From NCBI RefSeq assembly GCF_000150275.1, contig NW_002060945.1, forward strand, positions 2,379,172-2,443,171: a DNA stretch of 64,000 bases. The letters are read 5' to 3'. The position numbers and the translations under genes are program-made. The stretch comes from Trichoplax adhaerens. Lineage: Eukaryota; Animalia; Placozoa. The first letter of the stretch is position 1; the number at the start of each line of letters is the position of its first letter. The notes beneath the pieces were generated by a model. The model saw only the letters and a list, made by a program, of their open reading frames with translations. It made no database searches and was not told the origin of the DNA. Below, piece after piece: positions 40,855 through 55,800 of the stretch.

Positions 40855-43800
40855 ATGTCCTTACTTTGCATTCGAGGTATGTATCTTGTATTCAGCTTTC
40901 AAGGTGATGATCCAATATCTCCATATCTGTAGTGGTCATCAAATTTTCCACGGTCAATACTGGATGATAATACAGTGTCGTAACGGACTCCAGTTCATGA
41001 TCATCATCAGCTACAAATTCATCTACTTTCGTTCTCTTAAATTGATTACTGTGGATAGTGTTGATCGTTGGCGATGCTATCGTCCTAATTATATTCACTT
41101 GTCCAATTGGGATCCTTTCTCGTCTGTTATAGTACAGTACATGAGCAATTTTTTTTTCCCCCCTTTCCATATCTTTTTCATTGATCGTCTTCATGTTAAG
41201 CCAACTACAATCCATTACTCATCATACTGTACCATGACGATGAATAGAAAGAAAGGGATAAGATAATGTTCTTGCCCCAATAACTTAGCATCGCCGTACT
41301 CCAGACAGCAAATTTGATGTCGTCATGTTTGCTATTTCTTTCTATTCAAATAGACGCGAACTTGTACAACACTTTAACAGGGATATCGATGATACGATGG
41401 CATAGACCTTTAAACCAAGTGGATTGATTCCATCTTGTCCATGCAATCATTTCCATACACAATACTATCGAAATCCAACCGATCGATCCTTCTCATTTTA
41501 TTATTCGATATCGTACTACGACTGCTAATCATGAAGGAACATGATGAAGTAAACTTTGTTCATCGATAATCAATTTGGATATCAACGTATTAGAATGTTC
41601 GATGGAAGAGTCCATTTGTACTAGTTATCTACCAAGTTATTAAATCAAACTGACAAAATAGAACACTCTAGGCGTAGTCTATCAGTCTCAACTACCACCG
41701 AATTGAGTCATCATGAGGGTACTGTTGTGCCCAGTTGTGGAAGCGTGATGTTATTGAATTGGAAAGAATCGAAATGGACATGAATCAGTCGTTATACTTA
41801 GTAAGCTTTTCCGATCAACTTTTCTTATTTTGATAATGTTACCTTGTCTTCTGATTGAACTACCATGATAAAGAAAGACTGTAGCTACCCTGAGATACTA
41901 GATTAAGGTGATGGTCTTACCTTGGATAAATGTCATTTCATCATCATCGTCATAAAACCAAACAACATGGTTAAAAATAAACTTCTACATTATTCCAAGC
42001 AGTTGTCTTCTTCTTTAAGCCTATTCAGTATACTTGTCATTCTATCTTTCCATAAATTCGATAGTCGAAGAAGGACTTTCTACCTAAATGGAAATTGTCA
42101 TCCATTACAGAAATAAATGCCATCGATTATGAAATGGCTTACACTACAAATCAACTTGAATCATGTTCTTCCTCTATTTCATAGCACTGTACTGCATGCA
42201 GTAATCTTTTACCGATACAATAGATTTGAACTACAATTAATAAGGAAAAGAGCGACGTTTAGTAAATGCAGTTAATGAAATGAGGGGGAGAAAAAAATCT
42301 CGGTTTTTGTATCCAGTTGGTGTAGTGAATATCTTGCACTATGCTCGCTATTTCTATCCATTGGAATAGAGTTGTCATCCATTTGATCATCATGAATAAG
42401 AATCTGATGTGATAGCGCTAACCCAAGACGAACACTAGGGAAATTCTTGAAAGAGGGAGAGTAAATGAAACATCTAGTTTGATGTTATGCTCTGTCATAA
42501 TACTACAAATTTCCAATAGGATACTGTCTGTCGTTCCAAAGCTCTTCCTTGCAGTATTCCACGTACAATAGCCCATTGCTATCTAATCTTGTAGAAAGAT
42601 AATTTCTCCATTTCTGTACATAATAAAGAAAACAAATTTGAAAGCAAGCCTAAGAGTTATCTTTGTATATTAATGTATTTGCCTAGCGTGACAAAAATTA
42701 TATGTCTTGAATATTGTCCTACTGCTGGTTAAGAGGAGTTTACTAAGAAAAAATTGAATAGTTGTTATAACTAATGACCATTCAAAATATCTAAGATAGA
42801 TGATATTTTCTTCGTCTATCGTTTACTGATATCGACGGCCATTTCGGCAGGAATTATTTTATCATGGGAAATGCATTTGTTGCTGAACTCGTAGAGTAGT
42901 CTTAACTACTGCTTAGTATTTTTATCCCCTGTGAAGTACATTAAATATAAGACTAAAAGATGATTTTTGTTGGCACTTTTTGTCTGTTTTGGCTATCGAT
43001 TTTGTATTGCCATTATAAATTACTCGATAATAACATCCGCTTAAACGACTAATTTCATTTTTTTTCTCCTCTTTATGCTTTTTCTTCCAATACTTTTTCC
43101 CTCTCTCCTTGCTACTTTTCAACCATACAGTAAGAAAAGCAAGAATACGCTGCCCTGGTGCAGGTTAGTAAATCTTGAAATGGTATTAAAGTATAAGATA
43201 ATATTTTCTAAATTGACTTTATCTACATGGAAGAAGTGAAACTGTCATTCAAAAAGTTTCCATCGTAATTTTTCTGTGTCGTCAATGCTGCTAAGTTATA
43301 CATTTTCTTTTTTTTTTGCCGATACTTTTCACCTTTATTGACAATATTGATTCAGGGCCGTTTGTTTGTTCATCGGTAGAGTAGCCTCGTTAATAAGAGT
43401 GTATCGCGATATATTTTCAACTTATTGTTAATAATATGCCGTGATGAATCATTGGCGAAATCCTTTCCTATCCATTATTTTATTCATAAGAGTGAAAATA
43501 AGGGTATTTCTCATCACCTTTGCATCGTCTGATATCATGATTGACTTTGGAATTTTGTCACAATCAGTCACTCGATATCTGTGCGGAATATCATGGACAA
43601 ATTGTAATTTTAATGCAGCCTGCTACATCTTTAATTCCCTCTCTCAAGTTGAGATTGGCCAATCAAAAAGAGAAGAATATCTTGTAGCATAACTACAGTA
43701 CTTGATCGGCGAATATCACTTTCAATTAATCGACGCTGTGATCTAGTTTGATCAGAGATTTTTCCCATTTCTTTGACTACCTGATACTAAAGGCAGTATT

Positions 43801-46800
43801 ATTAATTTAACTCCTGAAGTGATTTTATTCCACTAGTAATATTGTTCATAATGATAATAATAATCATCATCATCATCAATGAGTTCTGTAAATGTCGATC
43901 TATTTCGTCATTCACAATCTAACTGTTTACTTTAGAGATAGGGCTAATTCCTATCCTAGTGCAAATTCCAAAGATCGTTTTCCTTCAAGCTACAAAGCAC
44001 ATCCGATTACATTTATCCATATTCAACAATTTGTCACTCCAAGGCAAAGTAAGATGAAAATTAATTCCACAGTCGGTTACTGTCGTCAAGATAATGAGAA
44101 AGTTCCGCTATCCTCCACTCAATACTGTATCTTCTTAAATACCTCATTTAGCCGGATACTTTTATTCCTATCTGCACAAATAACAGTACATTAAAGTAAA
44201 AATGGATAAGAGAGAATTCTAAGAAAGCAATTTCCCTTTTGAACTACTTGCAAAAATCAACGATAGACTCAGGACGCGACACGTTGATATTATCATGATA
44301 ACAAGAAAATAACCCATTGATGGGTTTTCCTGCCTCTTGTTTTCATGTTGAAGTTCTATTTCTAAATTTACTACATGATAGGGTGTGAAAATGCTTGATG
44401 AAATGTGCTAGACAGAAAACAGTTCAGTGATAATTATAATCATGCCATATAGGCTAGAAAGTTGTTTGCTTTTATTTTCACGCTAGTGTTTGTCATTAAA
44501 TAGAATTATGCTCGTATGTTGACATTTTTTTTCCGATCAGCCATGGCTACTCGATTGACTCATTCCAATCTGATTGATCATCCAAGTGATGATGTGGACC
44601 TATCTATTTTCTTATTTTTAAAGTGAGGATCAAATCATTTCCTGTTTCTCCATGCAAATAAAAAAAAAAAAGCTACGGATAGTGTACAATAACTAGGGCA
44701 AGGATAGTAAGATTGATTTGTAGAATAATGGAGTCATAGAATCACGTAGCATAGAAGAGTTATTGTCGACAAACTGTCTCTCTGTATTGTATAGAATCAT
44801 GGCAAATTTTCCCATGTTTACTCAATCTTATTAATTAAGACGGAATAGATCGACCAGGTGCTGAGTAGAATGAGAGATACAATGTCCAATTTTTTTTCTC
44901 TCTCTCTGTCGATAAGATTGAATTACTCGTTTAGAGTAGTCTTCTCCAAAAAGGTCAAATTGGTAGTCATGGTCAATTTTATAAATTCAGACCGTCGTCT
45001 TAATCTTCATAATAAAAAAAGGAATAGGACAAGAACTTGTATTTCATATTCATGTCACTTTATTACATAAATTAGCTCTTCTAACAAGGCCTATGTTGAT
45101 AGTTTTACAATCTAACGTACAAATATGATGTATCTTGTGATTGCATTACAATCGAAATATTGAAATTCAATTGCCTTTTTTTGGGGGGGGGGGCGACTCT
45201 CATAGCTATCATGCAAATAGAATTTAGAATTTATCTTTTCTACGGTAGAGCATGATCTAAGTATAGAATGAAATCATTCTTCTTGTTGTCATTGCAATGT
45301 CGACAATGCAATAAGGAAATTAATTCTATACACGGAAACTATTCGTCAGCGTTAATTTTCCTTGACAATATGGAAAGAGTCTCTTTTTAGCATTGTCATT
45401 CCTGGAGAATGATTAGGAAGTTGGAAAATCTTGATATTGTACAGTATTAACAAGGTACAAACGGATCAATGTTAGCCAACTCAATTGAATCTTGTATACT
45501 TTGATTCTTGTAGTAGAACGACTAGATTCATACTTTCATTTCGATCCAAATCGATTTTTTTCTACTTGTGGTTTTTCATCATACCTACAAACATTGACTG
45601 TTAGGACTAAAATAACCAGTGGAACGGTCAATCTGATCATTGTCCTTGGCTATGCAAAACATTCATTATATCCCAGCTAATTTTATTTTTTTGTCTCTTT
45701 ATTTTTTATTCTATAAAGACACTGTTTCTTTTACTGTGTTGAGACGATTACAGAAGATTAATTAGAATATTCAACTGTAGCCTGTACTGTTGAAGTATCT
45801 TTATTTTATTAACCTGGATCGATTAGAAGATAAAAATAACTTTCCTCGATACGATCATATTGTCGCTTTACAATAACAAACTTAGCTTGCAGTGGATATC
45901 AATGACAGTATAGACTATCCGGTAATCCATCCTCCAATCAAACTAGTTACATACTATGATGATAGAATATACTCTAGCTAAAAGAATGATCCCTTCCTTG
46001 CCGACAAGACGTACATTATTTCTCAGCTTGACGAACACTGCCAATGATTCAAAGTCGTAAATTGACTTTGTAAACTAGAAAGTAGAATAGAAAGAAATCT
46101 CGGATAAAAAAAGGAGTGATTGCTTCTTGTCAAGTCATTGATGCTATAAGCAATATTTGTTTGATTAGAAAAATAAATGAGTAAAAGAATTTTAATCAAT
46201 GTAACCAGATGTAAATCAAATTAATTATCATCTAATTTCCTAACTTGCACCTACTGTATTGTGATCTCGATCTCTATCATCCTGTATTTCATTCTCCCCT
46301 ATCCAGCCAAAAAAAAAAAAAATGGATAAGTAGCCCCTTGAATCCCTTGAGCCAGATTTAGAGTTTTTCTCATCTGTATTAAATTCCTTTAGGCTTTTAA
46401 ACTGTCTCTTCTCTTATTCTAATAAATATTCTCTTGATTCCATCTCTACTTGTCTACATTCTACGTAATGCCACTACTGTAGCTTCACATTCAATGTTAT
46501 ATCTCTATAAAGTATTTCTCCTCTGATTGCAATTGTAATCACTACCGAGTATCTATCCCTTTCTTCTAAGCTCTACCTGATAGAACTACATTCACATCAA
46601 CAGTTACATTTTTAAAATAGTTCCCTGATTGCCATTCTACTTTGTGCCTAAATTGTGCAATAACACACACCTTTCACATCCTTCGCAATAATACTATAAG
46701 GATAATGATTTTGAGTAATGGAAAAAATTTAAAAAGTGCTGCACAAGTATTATAATCTCCTCTGCCTTTATAAAATGATCGGGCTAATCATGTACTGTGT

Positions 46801-49800
46801 TAAGGCACATGCTTAATCAAGATCCTTTCGAAACAAACGATAAAAAAAGGTTTTAAACTCTCGAAACTGTGATCAATTTTATGTATAGAAGAGCTAGGGA
46901 TTAGACTTGAAATAACTAAACTTCTATATTTAAAAAGAAAGGTATTCAACCTTTCCAACTATCCTTAAATAGGTGAATACAATAATAAACTAAAGTGATT
47001 TGTAACCTACGGTAGACATTGATTAGATTTTAATGGAGTCTGATGAATCATGACTCTCTTTGGCCCGAGAAAAAAAACTTGACGTCTTACCCTAGGCGTT
47101 CCTTACCATTTAAGCCATAATTATCATGATATTAGTAATATACACGGCATAATCTTCCATGGCAGTACAACAAGACAGAGTTTCAATGTTACACTAATGA
47201 AAAATGCTGATATGTATATTCTAGAGATCTCTTTTGCCCTTTTGACATTCAACAAACATCAAATCCAACATTGTGCTCGAGATGAATGTATCGATTGCAA
47301 ACATATTTTGCTATCGGAATTCGAAACTTTTGCAGTAGCACTAAATTAGTTTTCATCAATGAAAACAATCCAATTTTCCTGCTTGGAAATAGAAACACCA
47401 TAGCATGTTGAGAATGAACATCACTTTTAGGTTAAATCTAGAAATTTAAAACGTTTTAAAATGGCACTTAATTCGTAAAAACTATCCATTAGGGATGTAA
47501 TTTTCTTCTGTTACGTGTAAATGGTTGTGTCAAAGAAGCTTGAGAATACGCACAACTTGTGCGTTAATTAAAGAGGTCTCAAGTCTGAAATTATGCTTAG
47601 CTTGATATCATAACTGTTTCAAATATATCCTTTGTTATCTATAACGAAACTGAATTTTTTTTATTTTCCATTTACACTGAATTAATATTCATCCTATTAC
47701 AGCTGCAAAGTTTTACGACATGTGAATAACTGTACCAATTTATAAAGTCTTTTTGCTTATAAATAAATTCCAAATACTCGTATTAAATAAGAATTCTAAG
47801 TTTTTTTCTTCGTTTGCAGAAAACATGAAGTGTTACGTTGTGCTCAAGTTACAGAATGTTAGCTCAGCAACTGGTATATTGAAAGGGCCTGATCCTGAGT
47901 GGGAAGAAGATTTCACGTTGTAAGTTATTCTATTCTTTCTTGCAATTCAAGAGTGTTTGATTTTTCCCTTCTCTCCAAAGTATGATGCAATTTTCTTTAG
48001 TCGATAATACGAGCACTTCCAATATTATATCCATTCACGGTATTGTGGCCTAATGCATATACGTACATGATAATTAATCAAGTTGCGACTGATGATGACT
48101 GAATAAACGATTAGGAAGGGTCAAAAAAGTGGAAGAATACGCCTCGTTGATCATGAATCCATTTCAATTTTTTCCCTTTTTCATCTTACAATTACTTTCT
48201 ATAAAACGTCTTGAGGCTGAAAAATATTACATTCGCTTTCTCGTGGCTTATCGGTGATATAATATTGTAGGAGTATTCTAGTCGATTACTAGGCCAGTCC
48301 TAGATACGATAGAAGATATCTTCTATGCTCCTAAAATTATGTTCTATTCGATCTACCATGGATTACTATTTTAAGTAGCCGATGGATCTACTTGTTATGA
48401 GTTAAAAGAGGTTTCAGTTGTCATCTTAACTGGCTCCATCAACAGAGAATTGACAGCAGTTGATATTATTGCCAACCGTTATTTTGAACCATTATTTTGC
48501 ATCATACGTAGCACGGTAACTTGTAGGACTATAGAATCAGCTCTATTTGACCTATTTCGCCATAGGATAAAATAAACTGAAAAAAAAGGAGATTCTTGTT
48601 CTTTCCCTAAGTTAGCTCTATGGATAGAGAGTTTACAATATATTCTATGTAGAATAGTGGTAGAATAGGCTAGCCCTGCCTATCTATTTCTTTTCCTTTC
48701 CACCTATTTGATCTTACTTTAGATATTATAAGATACAAGAAGTTACTACTGTTTCCCTTGGCTAGATATAGCAGTATAGTAGAGAGTTCATAAAATATTA
48801 TAATTAGAATTATCCAAGAATATGCCAGTCATAAGCCAATGTCTTTATCCGAATGATTATTTATGATTTTATGTGTCTTTAGTGAAACAACTGGTATGCC
48901 TTTCATTAACTAGATCCATCGGTAAAGAGTTGACAAGCTTTTATTTCAAACTAGAATAAGCCAAAGAATATAGCAATTATACTACATATTTCCCCCTTTC
49001 TTTTTATCTAATCGTTTAGTTAAATGAAGATAACCATCTTAACTACAACCAGACGTATTTTAATCCACTTATACCCTATGAAGTTCTAACTTAATAAACT
49101 TCTAGTGACTTAGTCTTTCCATAGATACAATATAGTAAGTACTATTCTAGTCGAAAAATATATCATGTGTTCTGGTCTATCCATTTCAATTCTCTTTCTA
49201 TCTTGTCATTATCTTAGAGAATAGTATGGCAAGTTATAGGTTATACAATCTATACGTATAATCACTCCTATATGATCACTGGATATACTAGCTAATTGTA
49301 GCTTGAATATTTTTTGGTGTTATTACCCTTTTCCGCTTGGTCATTCGATGCCATAAATCTACTAATCCATTTGTCACTTTTTAAAGTTGATCTCCATAAG
49401 AGTCATAATACGATTTAGAAGTAGTTTTTATGACATCATGATGATAAAATAGCTAAAATTACAAGTCATAATCAATCACTTTTAAATCCCTTTCCTTTCA
49501 TTATCATCAATCATGTAAGACAAATCTTATTTGCTTATTTCTATTCAATCAACAATGATAGCTTATGAATTAAAGTTAAAAATAATTCGCAAAAATGAAT
49601 TTTAAAACTCTCCTCTAGTAATCATTGACCTATCTTAAGGATCAGCTCTATTTCATCTATGAACACTGTAATACTCTTAGAAGTAAAATAACCTTGAGAA
49701 TTAGTGATCATTGTTGTTTCTCCTCATAGCCTGATCATTCGGCAGGCAATAATTGAAATATACGGGTATACTATATTCGTTTCCTCTTCTAACTTCCTCC

Positions 49801-52800
49801 CTTTCCTCTCTATTTTATCTCTCTTTCTTTACAACTTCTGATATTCTTGTCTAAGCGTTTACACCCAGTGTAAAATGCAATACCCATATTATCATTATTT
49901 ATATTAATTTGATTAATTATTAAAGTAGTATCAATACATCCAAACGAAAATAACTATGCCGTAACCAATCTTAATTATATGAAAGAGAAAATGTGAAATC
50001 TATTGATTGCTGATGACAATAATCATCAAAGTAACTATATAAATCAAAATACAACATGCGATATGATCGACAATCAAGATGCCCTTTGATATAAAATTAA
50101 AAGTGCTTGTAATAAATAGGCACCACAATTTAATCAGTACATCTGTTGTATACTCGTTATTTTATAAATTGTTTCACTGTATGCATGTCATCATTTTCTT
50201 ACCCGAATCCTTAATGGAGTAAAAATTCTTCACCGTAACAGTAATTATCATAGGTGCAAGCTCAAACACTACGGTAATAAATTAGTTATCAATGATGCTC
50301 CGACTTATCCTTTTTGAATGCAAAGACCGGGCGGTGAACTAATGTAATAATCAAATTATCTAGTCTAAATGAGATGATTCCCATGTACATTTCCCGTCGA
50401 GTTTGCCATCTCTTTTGGTCTAGTATCTTTACGAAGTCGTTATAATAATAATAATAATATATCTGGATTAGAGAATAAATTGAACATTTCTGTCTGCAAA
50501 GGGAATGGGATCATCTAGCGACATTATTTGCACTTATTTAAATTTTTTAAGACATCATCGGAAGCAAAACTGTTAAAATAACCGTACTTATGATAAGAAT
50601 CAACACCAGTGTACTATTCGATTCATTCAGGGTCAATCTGGCGACTCTTTTTCTCTTTATACACTAGATACTACTGTAATTCCAATCTTAACATGAATGT
50701 ATACCACTACAGTTACTGTTATTTTTTCTTTATTTCTATCCTTAATATATAATAGCCTTTGTACAACTAATCCTGGCTAACTCCTTCCTGATGTTATTGT
50801 TAATCTATTATGACTTTCTAGTGTTGTAAAAAAATAGATCATCATTTCATAAAAATTGTTGACAAAAGCAATTTTTCATCATATATAATTTCGCAGATAA
50901 AACAGCGCTATCATGGTGTAATGAAATATATTTATATCTATGTTGACTCATACAATTATCAATTTCGCATACAAATTTACCGAAGAGCATCATCACTTCA
51001 AGCCTACCAATTTCAATACCTTCGTAACCTTATAAGAATCCATCGTAGTTATAAATAATATGGAAACTTAATGTGAAATTGATTGTTGATCAAAACTAAT
51101 TTCTCATTATGTGTAATTTAGCGTGTAGACATTATAATAGATATCAGTACGTATCTGAAGCAGTACACAGAGAGGATTATCAATTTCAGACATGATATAT
51201 CCAAGAGTATCATTTCAAGCCTTAGTACTAATTTAAAATACATTGCTTATCATATGAGAATCCATCATATTTATAAATGATGAAAGATATTTTGATACCC
51301 AGGTAAAAATATCGATTGTAGTGATTAAGTGAGTGAAAAAATAATTAAAGCAAATGAATCCATTTTTAAAAATTAAATCCAACTGCAATATCATATTAAA
51401 GCTGTAATCAAAAATGACGAATACTTGAACAGCGTAGCTATCTCTGCAGTTAATGAAAAAGCTGTACATTAATCAGATCGCTTTTTTATTGTTAATTCAA
51501 GCTTTGTCTAGTCTAGATTTACATTACTGTTGCCATATTATAACCTATTTCCGAATATTGTTTCAATTGTCTATCATAATGTTATTATTTCTAAGTGACG
51601 AATTAGGTAATATGGCAAATTCAAATTGATTGATTGATGATACTGATTGGTACTCATGACATTACTATTAATTGCTCAAGTATAATTATCGATATGTTTA
51701 TAGTAGCCTGCTCAAATATATGATAAAATCTTTGCATAATGAATTGTTTAAATAACATCGAGACGTGAAAAGATGAGAAAAACGTAATGAAAGACACAAT
51801 TAGAGACTCCCATTATATAGCGCTAGGTAGAGCTATAAAATTAAAAATTTCTGAGCTGCTAGATAATTATAGAATTATCTAGCGGTCAAATTTGTTAGCA
51901 GCACATATATTGATATTTGCCGTGTTACAGTAAAATAATGCCATGATAATCATATTAAATAAGCCAAAATCTACACCGTAATAAATCTTTCTACTTTTAC
52001 ACGTGCTTCGATAAGAGTACGGTAGCTAAATATTAGAAGTATTTAAACCTGAGTCAATTGTTCTTAGTTAATATTATGTATAGACCTTAAGAGGAAAGAT
52101 AGACAGTTTACTTCGTATGATTATTAGAATTATTAATTCTGCAATACACAGTCTAGCATAGACTTTGTATCAGGATTTAGATTTGTAGTGCAATAAGTCT
52201 AATACTTATGGTTTAGAAATACTAATAATAAGAAACTTATATGCTCGTACTTTGAAGGGCTATTATTGCACTGAAAATTTTAATTGGCTAGCACATAGTA
52301 AAATCCATTTTATCAGCCTTGTAAGTATAGCTTCTAACATTGCAATAGTAAGCCCTCACTGCTACGATAGCTGCAGGTAATTTTAAAATTTGAAAAACTA
52401 CACACAGCATTAGAACGCATAACAACTTTAATAATTTGATAGATGCAAAGCTTACTGTAGCCAATTTGCAATATCATGATTACATTATCATTACACGATT
52501 GCTATTAACATTTTTCAATCCATCCTACTGGAGAAAAATAACATATTAAATTATTTAATATAGTCTACTTCGAGCAAAATTAGTTGGATAAGCAGGCGGC
52601 TATCTCGACTTTGAACATTTTAAATTTTTAAATCTATCGCCTTAAATTACATATTTTTAATCATGTTGTTGATATTTTTAATTAATATGTAGCTTATTCG
52701 AGCATCAGAATAGAAAACTTCAGTATTTATAATCTAAATTATACAAATTCCTAAAAACACGCGTAGAAGTTATAATAGTTGAACCTGAAAAAAATGCTCT

Positions 52801-55800
52801 AATAATCTTCGTTATTGCATTTAGTCATTTTAACTGACTAGTCCTTTTCTTTTCATTTCATTTTTGTTATGATATATATTAACAAAATGACTATTGTAAT
52901 TTTATGGATCACGATAGGGTATAATAATCTTAATCTGATTATTTCTCATAGGCTACCTTAGAAAATTGATGATCCTTATTAAATTAATTTAATTTTAACA
53001 CAAAATTTAATATTTGTGTTGGCTATTAATTCTTTACTGCTTACAAACTGACATTGTACAACTATCAGCAGACAATGCAAGCACTTGTATTATAAGTATG
53101 ATATAGTATAACTTTTAGATCAATTTTATCGTCTGTGGCTCAGATGGTATATTATGCCTTAGGAAACCCGAAATAACGCTTTTTTCTCTCATAAATATCA
53201 AAATAGATTCAATAGATAGAATTTTTGTTTTATTATGAATGTGGGTGCTCTACAACTTGGTTGTTTCAATATAACAATACTATCATTTCTTTATAGTTAT
53301 TAAACTAATCAGTAATAGATACTACGAAATGGGTATCTATCTTTGGGTTTATTGTTAGTTTACTGAAATGAAAAGATTTAATATTAGCAAAGTGGAAGAG
53401 ATGAGGGATAATCGGGAGATAGAGATGTTTTTGTGCAAGATAGGCTGTTTTTTGGAAATGAGATAATTGTTGGTTTCTTTCTCGCTGATAATTTTTCATA
53501 TTCAAAAATTGAAGAAAATGACAGCATATAAAATGGAGATCCAGATTTCTATCAATTTTTTCTTTTATCCACGTACAGGTTAAACGGTTATCTTACAGCA
53601 GTAAATGACAGTGATACTGTAGAAAGATAGACGGTTATCTTACAGTACTAAAGGACAGTGTGATACTGTAGAAAGATAGACAATAAGACAAATTGGGTGT
53701 TTTGATCTCGTAATGAGAGCATAAGATCTGCCTTTGCGATTTCTCGTAATGTAAAGTAATGAGTCATGTTGCTAAGCTTTATATTCTTGTTAATCCTTTA
53801 AAAAGAACCTTTGTCAATAGTACAGCAGTATTCGTACGAATAATTTAACGTTTATAAATGTCCTGGTGATACAACGAGAAAGAATTGTTTTTTATTCTTA
53901 ATTGTCAGACGAACTAATTACTAATGTGAAATGTAAATATAGTATTTAGAGTCTAATGTTATCTAGGAGTGGAGATAGAATCATTACATAAATAGCGCAG
54001 TCTTTTAAAAATTACTGAATTCTAGATGCACAAAAGTTTTGTCCTCTGTTCTAAACAGTATATATACAATGACCCTAGTCAATATATTTACCCGCACGTA
54101 TCTCTATCGACTATTCTGTAGCATACTGTTGTTACTTTTATCATCAAATTTGTTGTAGTTAGTGATTATTCTCGAATTTGAGCTATTTATAAGTATCAAA
54201 ATCGATATTGTGTCTTCGATCTTGACAATTTATCACTTATACAAGTATATATATAACTCTTTATCTAGCTTATTTTAATAAAAAGGATTAGAAAGAATAA
54301 GGTTGTAATAATAAGCCTTTAATATAAATAATTTTATTATTTATCGTTAAAATTTTATATTGATTTATTTACCAGTGAAACATCAAGACTAGATCAAGAA
54401 GTTTATGTTGAACTCTGGTCCAAAGGTATAATATGGGATAAATCGTTGGGATCTGTGTGGTTGCCGTTAGCTGATGTAAGACGTTCAAATGAAGATAGTA
54501 CAGGGGATTGGTTTAATGTTATCCGAGAAGAAGACAAACCATTAATGAATGGAACTCATGATAGCTTATACAGTATTCTAATTGATGCACGCTTCGAATT
54601 GCCATCTGGTTTGTACAATAATTCTACTTGAATTGTCAATCATGCAATAAATGATTGATTCTCCTATAGATAAATAATTATAGGAATTGCTAAAATTATT
54701 CGTATACATATCAACAATCTAAACGATACTATTTGCAAATTCAGATTTAAGTAACAATGAAGCCAAAGAGCTTGAGAGAAAATTACAAAATTTATATAGC
54801 GTTTTTAAAGACGAAGTAAGTACAGTGATATAAAATTGTAATTCCATCCTTAAGCATATGCTTTTACTTAAATAGATGCAAATAAAAATCTAACGGCATG
54901 CATTAACCAAATTTATTCTCCTTTCAATAGATGGAATATTTAAGTCAGCAATCTAGAAGGCCGAGCATTCAGCGTAAGTATATTATAAGCACTTTAACTT
55001 AAAATTATAATAATTATTTTGGCCTTTCATAAATTTAACATGGTACTTTGTGTACCATATACGTGTGTCTTGTTTACCTAAAACAATTAATAAGGACATT
55101 TTAATATTACAGCCGACATTAAGTTTTACGATAATAGTACATCACCATCGACACCGACCAATGGTCCCAACGATGATGATTTAGATAACGAACTACACGA
55201 GAATGGCCAAGATGGAAGTAGAAATGATTCAAGTAAGATCAACATGTATTCCTTACGAAAGTGACAAGTTATAGGAGTATCTAAAGATGTAACATTATTC
55301 TTCTACGATGAGCTAAAGACACTAACCAATGCTTATGTTTTATAATGGACGTAGTTACTAGTAGAGATCCAATTAGTAGCGAAGGAAATTTGAGCCGTAG
55401 AGAAAGCACTGGGATATCAGATACGGAGAATAATGTAGAAAACTCGACTGAACCTAACCCACCCTTGGTTAATGGTGTTAATGGTGTTAATGGTAGTAAT
55501 ACACAACCTAAAATAGGTAATAAAAATCATTAACTTAATTTCATTTCAGCTACGACATCTGACAGTGGTTCTACATATGTAATATATTAATGCTATTACG
55601 TTAAATATCTCTCAATATTAACATTCAAACTATAGAAATCACTCAAAGCGATAATCATAAAATTACTCAAGATACAAAGTCTAAAAAGGCTGCCGAATTA
55701 TGGGCGTCTGCGTTCAATAAAATTAAGCCACAGAAAAATGCATCGGTATAAAGATATTGTTAAAATGCCTACTCTAGTATTTCATGCTTATTTCATTATT

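Noticed and set aside
40811-41266. 151-aa and 107-aa ORFs near the Unc13 start
   Set aside because: They overlap Unc13 exon 1 and intron 1 in other frames and show no domain signal.
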